Origin: Dipteris shenzhenensis
Taxonomy: Eukaryota
Direction: 5' to 3' (one strand)
Length of the DNA: 64,000 nucleotides
NCBI GenBank assembly: GCA_047967505.1
Contig: CM106538.1
Shown: piece by piece, positions 1-10,210 of the stretch
Layout of the letters: each line of letters opens with the position of its first letter
Position numbering within the stretch: position 1 is the first letter of the stretch
The notes under the pieces: generated by a model
Seen by the model: the letters and a program-made list of their open reading frames with translations, nothing else
Told to the model about the DNA's origin: nothing
Database searches by the model: none
Program-made: the position numbers and the translations under genes

Positions 1-2
1 CT

Positions 3-26
3 AGAGAGAGAGAGAGAGAGAGAGAG
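3..26. repeat. (GA)n microsatellite upstream of the U-box gene start
   Basis: agagagag... run at the window start. Confidence 0.95.
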
Positions 27-74
27 GTGTTGATTCTGATAGTACTTTGTTATCATTTCCCATAAGACAGAGGT

Positions 75-1228
75 ATGGGAGCTGAAGATTCGAATATGCT
101 GGGAGGAGTTTCGTCACAAAGAATAGATGTTGGTTTCAACGCTCTGTCAGCCAGATTGATGCATCAAGAGCATCTGTCCCGTGCATATCACGGTGGTTCT
201 CCAGGGGGCCCCTGCAGAGGTGATTCTGCCAGAAAATTCAGATCTGAGGCAACCCCAGGCATCGGAGACAACAAGTCATTTGGTGCTGAGAGGGAACATT
301 TTATGCAAAGATCAGAGAGAGATTTCAATAGTGGGACTAGTGGGATATTGAGCTCAGTTGAAAGAGAAGAATCATCGGTTGATGGGGAGGGGCAAAGGAT
401 TGGTAATGGAGGTTCTCATGTAAGCAACTTGGTAAACACGTCTGCAAGAGTGTCAGACTGGGTAGGAAGTGAGAGAACTGGAGGGATGGCAGCTGAAGCA
501 GACTACAGAGATTTGGAAGAAAGAGGTGGAGCCAGTAGTGGATCCCAGAGTGAAGGTTCAGAGGAAGATGATGAAGACGATGGAAATATTGATGGGGAAG
601 CTGACGATAGTGCAGATGCTAGGATGGTGGATCGTGGACAAAAAGGCTACGAAGGTCTTGCTCATGCGCAAATTGGCTCGACGGAGGGCAGGCGTGAGTC
701 TTTGGCAGGTTTGCAGACTTCTGAAGCTCTTCTGAAACCAAAGTTTGACAGGGAAAGAGTATCACAATCTTCTACATCATCGGTCCCATCACCGGGAATG
801 TTTTTATCCCCTTCATCAACTATCCCTTTCCTGAATTCTTTTCCTTCTTCACCATGTGTAGGACCTATGCTAGGCCATGCAGAAGGTAATTCAACTCAAA
901 ATGGGACGATGGTAGCGGCCAGTGGGCTCAGTACCCCATCTGCTTACTACAGAGACGGCACTGTAAAAGACTCGAGGGATACATATGTGAAGGAGCGACA
1001 AAATTTCCTTCTGGAACAAGGCAGAGCTGCTCACAACTCATCACCACATGAAGCAGTACCAGTTGGAGCAGTAACATCAGAAGCGGAAAATTATTACACA
1101 GCCCTTATACAAACTTCTGCGGCAATTTCTCAGAAGGACCCAGGGAATCAGATTGTTGCATACAGCCACAGGAAAATCCATGATACAATGGAAATGGCTC
1201 TTCGGTCTGCCTTGACTGACCCCCTTAC
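75..1228 (+). CDS. PUB62: U-box protein PUB62/63-like, coding exon 1 (long Ser/Gly/acidic N-terminus plus U-box start LRSALTDPLT)
   Basis: ATG at 75; ends AC|GTAATT (phase-2 donor at 1229); LRSALTDPL matches the LRAILSDP start of PUB62/63-type U-boxes. Confidence 0.85.
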
Positions 1229-1499
1229 GTAATTTCTGACACTCTTTAATACCTATATTCGAAACTTGTCCATAGTATACATATTAATTGTTGCAACTGA
1301 TCAAGATGCTGAAGAACACTGTTTTGTTTGTCATGACAGCATACGTGCATGTCTCTATGAATTCTATAACTCTACCTTCTGTGACGTGTTTTGTAAGACT
1401 CTCCGGCCTCACCTATGTGTCTATTGAGTGCACCATTGTATATTTCAAATCTGAGGTATTAACCCACACCTAAGGCATATCTTGATAATATGCCAGGTC

Positions 1500-2550
1500 T
1501 GTAGTGCCAGTATACAATTCGTTGCATAGTTGGCCCATATGGAACTTATGTGGTGTGTGGCTAGCTGAATGATGAGGGATGAACAGGCTGCTACATGGGC
1601 AGTATATAGACGTCTGGGATTATTTCCAGCAGATGGCCCAGTAAGAAATTGCCAGGCAAAGGGGTTATATAGGCCTCACTCCCTGCCCTGGTGAGCCAGG
1701 TAGGCAGGGTCAGTCAGCAGCCACTAGATCCAGGTCGTCCAGCACCTCGTTGCCCTGATGGTCGGCAAATGACAGTAGGAGGATCTGTAGAGCAGGCCAG
1801 TCAGCCAGAGGAAAGAGCTACTAGGCCTACAGGCAGATAAACAACTTTTGATCCCTTCAGAGTGCATTCCCAGGCATTTAGAGGCAGCTTTTGGCAGGTA
1901 CATGGGCGTTTTGTGGCTCCTCCCTAAGTCACTGAAGACCGCGCTTGAGAGGCATGCAGCAGCAGGAGTGAGTAGGAGTTGCGCATCACTTTGTGGCCTC
2001 ACATCTAGCACCATGTGGTATAGGTTTTGTGTTCTCTTTTGTACTTATCTTTTGCGTAGGGCAGACTATTCAAGCAGACCAAAAAAAAGGATTTGCCCTC
2101 TTTTTATGTGCCTTGCCCAACTGACCCGTAAACTTGAGGCTTGGTTTTGCCTTGCGACCAAATGCTTTGATTGCAATTATGACTGAAGGAAAAAGCTTGT
2201 GTGTATTCCCCCCTGCCAAATTTTTTTTGCTCATCTGTAAGAGCAAGAGATGCAGAAGAAGCCTTGCTACTTTTTGTAAGGGTAGTCCATGGCCTTCCCT
2301 CATCTCCTGAACTAATCGTCCCTCAAGATGTTCTTGTGCGAACCAAAAGTTCTTGGTAAGAGAACCCAGTTGTGAGTCAAAGCAAAATAATTTCCTAAAG
2401 AAAATACCAAAAGTGCACCCCTAGTGCCTTCTTTCCGAAGTAAAGAGTGCACTTGTTGTCGTTGAGTGCTTTGCTAAGAACGTGAATGAAATACTATACC
2501 AAACGGCATAAATAAGCTGTAATTACCATACAATAAATCCGTACCTTACA
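1500..2550 (+). mobile_element. Probable solo LTR in intron 1
   Basis: TGTA...CCTTACA ends, TATA-like ttatatagg near 1665, GC-rich block inside an AT-rich intron; no TSD found, left end uncertain. Confidence 0.35.
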
Positions 2551-3794
2551 GAAAATTAGCTCTTATTGGCTGCACCAAATAACTGTGTATTACTGCATAC
2601 AGACAGTTTAAGCTGAAGTCAGCACTAAACTGAGGAATGCCTTTGCATTGTCATGCGTGCCAGGTTTGATACTAAACTGCATACACAGTTTAATCTGAAG
2701 CCGACTCTGAAGCTGGGAATGAAGCCGTAAGAACTTCTAACACTGACATGCCATTCCCCAGCCATTGACTTAGAGAATTGGAGACTTTTAGATTGCCATT
2801 GCTACCTCTCTATGGTAGAATTAAGAAAATTTTGGAATTGGTCTTATCTTCTGAACGTATATACATATAAGAGACTTTGTGTGCTCTTCTATGCTGACAT
2901 AGGCTGGGAAAATAGAGGTTGGGCTTGTGGATTTCAATTTTCCCATCATGCATGGAATGCTAACAATGAACATACTTCTCTGCAGACATGACTGTTAATT
3001 ATATCCCTTTCAGACAGTTTAGAAACTGTGACTGCCTTTGAAACTATAAGTACGTTAGCGAAGGGATATTGGTTTATATTTTTAATGTATAGAGAAGGGT
3101 GAATTTTTTGTCTTCCTGGAGGAAAAGGTACGGTAGGATTTGAATGATCTAAGACATGGTGGATGAAGTGTAGTGGAAGTTAAAATAATATATGTGGTAA
3201 CATTGGTATACTCACACTCTTTCGATGTCACCTGTTACATCTATCAGCATTAGTGAATTTGTATTTCTTGTCCTGGCATTGACTCTCTGATTGGACTATT
3301 CAAGTGGCTGTGCTAGTCCTCACCAGCTAACTTTGTATCATGGAAATTTTAGTGGTGACGAGTGGTCTGCGTATTGGCCTAGGATAGTATTAGAAGAGCT
3401 TCTCTCTTCTTCTTTCAAGTTTTGTCTTTGTGAATTTTCGTATTTCATTCAAACTGGTAATAAATCACACATACTAAATGGCGACAAGTGATTGGTATCA
3501 AGTATTTTTAGTCTACTGTAAATGAGAAATATTGAAGATAACATGTGATCTGTATCAGTATTTGTAGTGTGTGGTACAAGGAATTCATAGCTTGTACGCT
3601 AACTAGCTAGGATGACGATTACATTGTTGCTTTCCAGTTTGTTCAGTTATGTTTGAAAGTATGTATAATAGGACTTTTTCGAGCATGCCTCTTTCTGAGT
3701 ACGAATATTGGCCTTGTGGCCACTGTAATATCAGGATTTTACTGATTTATGCTCCCATCATCTGGCCTGAGCCATTGGATTTTATTGTTGTCAG

Positions 3795-3876
3795 GGGTGC
3801 TTTAATGGACGATGCCACCATACTTTCATGTGGGCACTCTTTTGGAAGTGATGGTCTCCAACGAGTTCTTGCAACT
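3795..3876 (+). CDS. PUB62: PUB62/63-like exon 2 (GALMDDATILSCGHSFGSDGLQRVLAT)
   Basis: tcag| acceptor at 3793-3794 and |gtaagt donor at 3877; phase matches exon 1; U-box core LMDDAxILxCGHSF. Confidence 0.92.
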
Positions 3877-3992
3877 GTAAGTGATATTCCTGTCTTTTGC
3901 CCAGCCAAGCATATTCATTAAGTTTTGAGCATACTGAAGTATGGTTGTAATTGAATGAGAGAAAGGACAAATGGTCTATATTTAAATAGCTT

Positions 3993-4062
3993 TGCTCTCT
4001 TTTCTTAATGTTAATCTTTGCTGACTCTGCTCTCTTTTCTTAATGTCAATCTTTGCTGACTC
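3993..4062. repeat. 35-bp tandem duplication
   Basis: tgctctcttttcttaatg(t/c)aatctttgctgactc x2. Confidence 0.9.
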
Positions 4063-4820
4063 TGCCCTTGAAACTCTTGCAAAATGATAGAAAACTGAAT
4101 ATTCGTATTTGATACGTTTCTGATAAGTGAAGGGCACATTGTCGTGGGTACAATTGGCACGGTCGTGTTGATCACATGAATAGGGATGTCATGCCATGTA
4201 ATTATTTCAGTTTGAAGCCTTGTGAATGGACTTTCATGGCTTTCAGGATGGCATGTATTTTATCTTGAGTTTTGACGCCCGATATAGGATATTGTCCTTT
4301 CTAGTTTTTGGATACAAGCTTTTGGATAAAGTACATTTTGGCGTCTCCTTTGTTTGTGGTATTTGCAATTTTACTGTGGTGAGATATGCGATTTTAATGC
4401 ACCGTGATTAGAGGTGTAAGAGTAGTATGCTTAGACTTTTCCAGCTGATTTGTTTGCATGCTCGAATGTGCATGTGCACATGTGTTTCTTATGGAAATTA
4501 GAGAAAAATGAGAGCTAATTTGGTAATATCAAAGTGTCTCCTGATGATAGTGGTGAGCTTTTTTACTCCTAGAAAGCAATCTAAAAATTCAGCTACTTGA
4601 GGTCTTTTGGGGCCCTGCTTTCAACTTTGCAATGCATTCGTTAAGCTGATTAAATACAGAATTATGAAATTTCAAAAGTAATTCTCAAGTTTGACAGATC
4701 TTGGCAGTGTTCTCTGCATAATTTGGAGTGACATGTTTACACTCCTCTATTGATGCTCTTACTGGTGTTTCATCAACATCATATTGTTTTGAATATATCT
4801 TATTGGAGTTTGGACTTTTG

Positions 4821-5041
4821 AAGAGTCACATTACGCTTGTTCAAGAAGCGCCGACTTCACTTTCTGATGAGTGTCAGATAATGAATGTGATTTTTTTAAA
4901 CAGAATGCATGCATATCGTGTGGAGTAGCAAAGAGTCACATCACGCTTGTTCACAAGAAGCGCCGACTTCACTTTCTGATGAGTGTCAGATAATGAATGT
5001 GATCTTTTTAACAGAATGCATGCATATCGTGTGGAGTAGCA
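4821..5041 (+). repeat. ~110-bp tandem duplication containing the exon-3 acceptor and the first 27 nt of exon 3
   Basis: aagagtcaca...cagaatgcatgcatatcgtgtggagtagca at 4821-4930 and 4931-5041. Confidence 0.95.
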
Positions 5042-5072
5042 GCCAAGAGGGAGGATATGACTCCAAATTACG
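5015..5072 (+). CDS. PUB62: PUB62/63-like exon 3 (NACISCGVAAKREDMTPNY)
   Basis: taacag| acceptor and G|gtaaga donor; CxxC...PN motif of the U-box; phases match both neighbours. Confidence 0.88.
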
Positions 5073-5522
5073 GTAAGATAAAGTGCTATTTTGCTATAGA
5101 CATTGAAATTTATTAAAGCTTCTTTGTGTTAAAGAAATATAGAACTGCTATGTTAACAGCGGATTATAACCTAAAGTTGCAAAAGCTTTTGCGCTTTATG
5201 CTTATTATTGTGTAAAATAAAAACTTAATTGGGCCCCTTACTGGAGTTGAAACCAAGTGTCTAGTGTCCTGGATGAAACACTTCAATTTGTGATGGGTAC
5301 ATTTCTTTACTTCAACAATCCCTTACTCTATATGATTTGCTTCAATGGTGCAAATAGTGATTACAGAGGATTTACATAGTTCACCGGACTCATGTATAAA
5401 TGTGTGCTTGTGATTGTTACCTTACTCCACTGAGCAATTTGTTACTCTTCAAAATTGTGCACATAGCTCACAGGGCAGAACATAAAAATAACGTTGGAGT
5501 ACAATTAGCCTATCTTAGTGTT

Positions 5523-5617
5523 GTGTATACCGAGATGAATCCAGGAACATTCCCAAACTCATCCTCTAAAAACACAACATAGTGCAGTTTCAATCTCATG
5601 ATAGTCACTCACAAGGT
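5523..5617 (-). mobile_element. Short retroposon 3' end (family R), copy 1
   Basis: Reverse complement is identical over ~84 nt to 14521-14604. Confidence 0.8.
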
Positions 5618-5901
5618 CTCACTATTTTGTCATGTATCACATTTCAGGTTGCCATAGAGGATTGAATAGTGTGCTTGAGATTTGTGTATGTTGTACACCC
5701 TACTATCTTCCTCAGTTGAATTTTTGCTCATCAGGCTTGAAGCTATCTTGGATTTCTCTTGAAATTTGTGTCAAGTGAAGTTGTCAGCCATAAGCAAGTC
5801 CTTTTAGGAAAGGCCTTAAAGGCCATGGGAGGAGTTAGCCACATTGGACATTGAAAGAGAGCGTTACTTTACTCAGTTGTGTGCATGAAGCAAGACACCT
5901 C

Positions 5902-6078
5902 GCGCTGATGATGTTGGTGGGGATGTCATAGTAGATAGTCCCTGCAATGTGTGATGGATTTATGGTTTCAACCTTGTGAGTGACTATCATGAAATTGAAA
6001 GTGCACATTGTGTTGTGCTTTTAGAGGATGAGTTTGGGCATGTTCTTGGATTCATCTAGATACACACACACACACATA
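5902..6078 (+). mobile_element. Family R copy 2 with (CA)n tail
   Basis: gcgctgatga...ggattcatctaga followed by tacacacacacacaca; aligns to 14463-14606. Confidence 0.8.
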
Positions 6079-6524
6079 GAGAAGGTTAGGGTGTGAGGAA
6101 ATGATGCTCAAATGAAGACATGACAAAGGCTTTCATTCATTCATCAAGTATAACAAGACAAGTGAAGTAACAAGCCTTATATAGGCTACTCACTCACACA
6201 CTAGCACCTAGTGCCTATGGGATAAGTCCCATGATGACACATGGCACTCACACAAGACTCACTCACATAGACTAGTACTAGATCACCTAGTACTTCTCAC
6301 TAACACACCACATCACCACTCTTTGGCTATGATATCTCCAACATCCCCCTTCAGAGCAAAGAGTGTGAGACCCAACACACAAATAGTAGACTGATTCCCC
6401 CTCCACCGCAATACTGCAAAGAGCAAGTCCAACTATCCAACACCTCCTGTGTGATAGTGACTTCTCAGTAAACTTGTAACCAGCAAGGGCAAACCATCAC
6501 TCGTCATCCCCCCTTACTTTGAAC

Positions 6525-7790
6525 TGTTAGAAATGACCCAACAGAGGGTACGCACAGCGGAAGACTGATAGTAATGCCCAGGAGCGCGGAAGACTGATAG
6601 TAATGCCCAGGAGCTCACATAGTGTTTGTGTGGGGTGTGGAATCACAAACTTCTTAACTTATGTGCATAGATGTGCAAGCCAGTAAATAGACAATGCTCA
6701 GGGACAAATATAGAAGCAACTCTTTATATTTCCGTCCGTCCATTCTACTAGATGCCAAGCACTTTTAGATCTCTGAGCCCCATGCTCCACCTCGAGCATA
6801 TGTAGACTCTCTGTCTAGATCCCTTCCACCTTACTGTCCGGAAGCCAGCCTAGGTGGGCAGCACCTCTAGCTTAGTCTGCAGCTTGTTCTGGGTCACCTT
6901 CACCTCCTGAATGTAGGCCCAAGGTAGGTCCTGCTGCTGCTCCTATCTGCTGGTTGAGGGCTGCTCCAAGTGATGATGAATGAGGGCATGGAAGCCCTCC
7001 TTTTATAGGGCTCAAGGCCCCCTTGATCGGACCGACCAGCCAGCCTCATCCTGGCCAACCAGACTGGCCGACCTGTCTGCTTGCTGGCCGACCTGGTTGG
7101 CTGGTCCAACCAGCCCTATATAAGGGCCTTTGGCAGCCCCTTTTGGACTGCTGCCTTTGCCCATTCCTGTGCCTATTGCAGGCCTGTTTGCAGGCCTTAT
7201 GCCTGCCCATAGACCCCCGCCATGCAGTCGTACTGCAGCCGTACAGGTCTGCGCCCTGCTGCGGACCTGCTGCAGGCAATACCCTTGTGCACAAGCCCCC
7301 CCAAACAGGTCGCCATTTTGCACCTCCAATTGCAGGTCCATGGACTGCCCTTTGCCTTGACAGCTGCCCACATGGCAGCTCATGTGCTGCCCATGTGGCA
7401 GCCCCAATATTTCCAGGTCGCCCAATGCCAACACGTCGATGATGATGCTCTAGTGACTCCCGGGTCGTAGTCCTCTAAAACTTTTTGATGTCGAAATCTT
7501 TTCCTAGCTTTTCATCCAGTGGCTCTTACTCCAGTAGGTCCGGTTCCGCTTCCGCACACCGTCCTGGTACACAGGTCCATCTTTGGTAGCACCTCCTGGC
7601 ACCACCATCTTTAGTCACGTTCCTGCCTTTGAAATCGAGCAGTCCAGCCGTCACGATCTTCTAGTTGTCCCCCTCATAATGAGTGAACAACCTGGAGTTT
7701 TCCAGGCACCATGCTCTGAGGGTCTGTTTCAACCCGTCCTTCCTTTGGTAAGGTCTGCAACCAATGAACATTTCCAGATAACCTGGACCA
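6525..7790 (-). mobile_element. Probable solo LTR nested in element A
   Basis: Starts TGTTAG; gcacagcggaagac motif typical of Copia LTR 3' ends; TATA (cctataaaag on -) near 7003; candidate TSD TGAAC at 6520-6524 and 7791-7795; internal 29-bp tandem repeat 6557-6614; right end uncertain. Confidence 0.5.
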
Positions 7791-7989
7791 TGAACTCTCG
7801 TTGAGTTCTCAAGCAGGTATTCTTCTGGCTTCAGTACTCTTTGTCCAGCACCTTCTAACAATCTTCGTTTGAGATTTTAAGAAGCACCAATACTTCCCCT
7901 TCTGCCTTCGAAGAAGGCCCATTCCTTCCAATCTTGTATCACCTGAGACAAATGAAGAGCAGAGTCTCTCCACAGCATGCTATAAAGGC

Positions 7990-9268
7990 TCAAATGCAGA
8001 ATATCAAGTACATACCTGTGTGTTTCCTCTGAAAGCAAACCTTGCACCTCATCGAGGCACCTACCAAAAGCATGTGTAATTCTGTACTGTCCCCTTTTGA
8101 AGTACAACATCCATTTGACCATGAGACCCCAGGGCCCTCCATGGAATCCACCCTCGTGTCAGTGTCGACAGCCACACACCTGGAAGGTACCAAGGGCTCC
8201 ATGCTGTCTTTCACCTTCACAAAGGCATCTGACTCCTCGTCGATCCACATCTCTATGTCAGACATCCTCACTGTGATTTCTTGGTCAACATATTTGACCT
8301 CAGTAACACTCGGTGATGTCACCAAGAACAACTCTTCGATTACCACATTTGCTTTGGCCTCTTCCTTTGAATTTGTGTCGGACTCCTTCCTTTTGTTTTT
8401 CCGATCCGCCTTTTTCTTTCTGTAGTCCTTTACAAAATGTCCTGGCGTATCACAGCAGAAGCACTTCTTCTTCTGCTTCCTCTTAGAAGTCTCCTTGTCA
8501 TCAGAGTCGTCTTTCTTGGACTTGCCACCGTTAGCGTAATCCTCCGCCAGCAGCGCATTGTGGTCTTTGCCGTCGTTGTAGAGCTTCTCTCGAGCTTCCT
8601 TCTGTAGCAGTAATGGACCCAACTCCTCCAACCTCAGAGGTTTGGTCCTTTGTTCTGCTGTCACGGTCGTAACAAAGCTCTTGAAACTCCGAGGTAGCCT
8701 CCTCAGTACCATCAAGGCCAAATGACATGAGTCTGTCTTTTTGACCAACTGTTGCCAGTTGATCCCTCACCACCTTGACCTTCGTCAAGTGGCTATGTAC
8801 CATATCTCCTTCTTCCATATCAAGATTGTAGAGTTGATGTTGAAGAAGCAAAATCCGGGAGGTGTTGTCCGTCTCGTATAGATCCTTCAGAGTGACCCAC
8901 GCCTCTATTGACGTCTTGGCCATGTGGATATTTGGAAGCACAGAGTCTGCTTCGAGCTCCTCTTTGTTTACTGCCATGAGTATCTTTCCTTGCCTATCCA
9001 CCATGTCCTCCGGCTTCGTCTCCACTCCCGTTGTCAGCTTCCACAACTTCCGAGCCACTAAATGGCTCCGGATTTTCACCTTCCAGATCGGGTAGTTGGT
9101 CCCGTCTAGTTTCCGAGACTTTCCGAAGTTAGGGATAGTGAATGAGAGAAAACTGGGGGAGGAGGAAGGGAGAGCATGGGCTACTCCAAAATGCACACGC
9201 AGGTCTGAAATGTGCAAGGCGGTAGCTGTAGGTGCTCCAAATGCGAAAGCAGGTCTGAAAACTTGCAA
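7990..9268 (-). pseudogene. Copia gag of element A (KLDGTNYPIW, UBN2-type core, CCHC-knuckle remnant), frameshifted near 8748
   Basis: ORFs 8531-9268 and 7990-8748; CFCCDTPGHFVKDY knuckle. Confidence 0.85.
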
Positions 9269-9918
9269 GGCGGCTCAGCAAGGCAGCTCCGAAGTGCTGC
9301 AGTAGGTCACCACAGTGAAAAATGGCTGATGTAGATATGCTGGAAGCTAGAAGCAGTCCCAAAAATGCTTCTGGTGTAGGCGGTTCTGCAGCAGCAACCC
9401 TAGGGCCACTCGAAAATGCAAGCAACAGCTCCAAAACTGGTCGAAAATGCCTCCAAAAGGCCCGAAAGTCTGCAACCAATGCGTGTAGATGGACAGCTCT
9501 GTTGCAGCGGCCTGGAAACCCTAAAAATGGGAATGGAAATGCTCCGAATCAGCACGTATACAAGCGCCACTTGAAGGAGATGCCAACCAGCAGCACGTGT
9601 GCACACGCCTCTTGAAAACAAGCTGACCAGCAAGGCTGTGGAGAGGTTAGACGGGCAGAAATGGATGCGAAAAGGGCTGCAAGAAGAGGTGGCTATGGAG
9701 ATTCTAGGTGGGTAGGTAGGAGTGCAAAGGGCTGCAAGGGAAGGAGGCAAAATGAAGAAGAGATGAGGCGGCTGCAGAAGGAAAGAGGCTGAACTGAGGC
9801 GGCTGCAAGAGGGAAAAGAGCTTGAGCAGAGTTAGGGTTATGGTTAGGGCTGAGATGATGACGTGGCAGGGCAGCTATGGCAGGGCTAACCTGCTCTGAT
9901 ACCATGTTAGAAACATGG

Positions 9919-9952
<34 letters not shown>

Positions 9953-10210
9953 TAGGGTGTGAGGAAATGATGCTCAAATGAAGACATGACAAAGGCTTTC
10001 ATTCATTCATCAAGTATAACAAGGCAAGTGAAGTACAAGCCTTATATAGGCTACTTACTCACACACTAGCACCTAGTGCATATGGGATAAGTCCCATGAT
10101 GACACGTGGCACTCACACAAGACTCGCTCATGTAGACTAGTACTAGATCACGTAGTACTTCACACTAACACATGACATCATCACACTCTTTGGCTATGAT
10201 ATCTCCAACA

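Larger units (their letters stand above)
6079..10210 (-). mobile_element. Gag-only Copia-derived LTR element A (TR-GAG-like); outer end of the 3' LTR missing
   Basis: 5' LTR 9905-10210 (TGTTAG...CCAACA); 3' LTR ~6079-6343; tRNA-iMet PBS (gctctgatacca) 9893-9904; PPT tcccccttc at 6344; gag 7990-9268; no INT/RT/RH. Confidence 0.85.

Noticed and set aside
75-1232. 385-aa ORF as a complete single-exon gene
   Set aside because: Its stop lies inside the donor site GTAA, and the U-box continues in frame in downstream exons.
3649-3921. 90-aa ORF as a separate gene
   Set aside because: Only 3795-3876 is exon 2 of the U-box gene; the rest is intron read-through.
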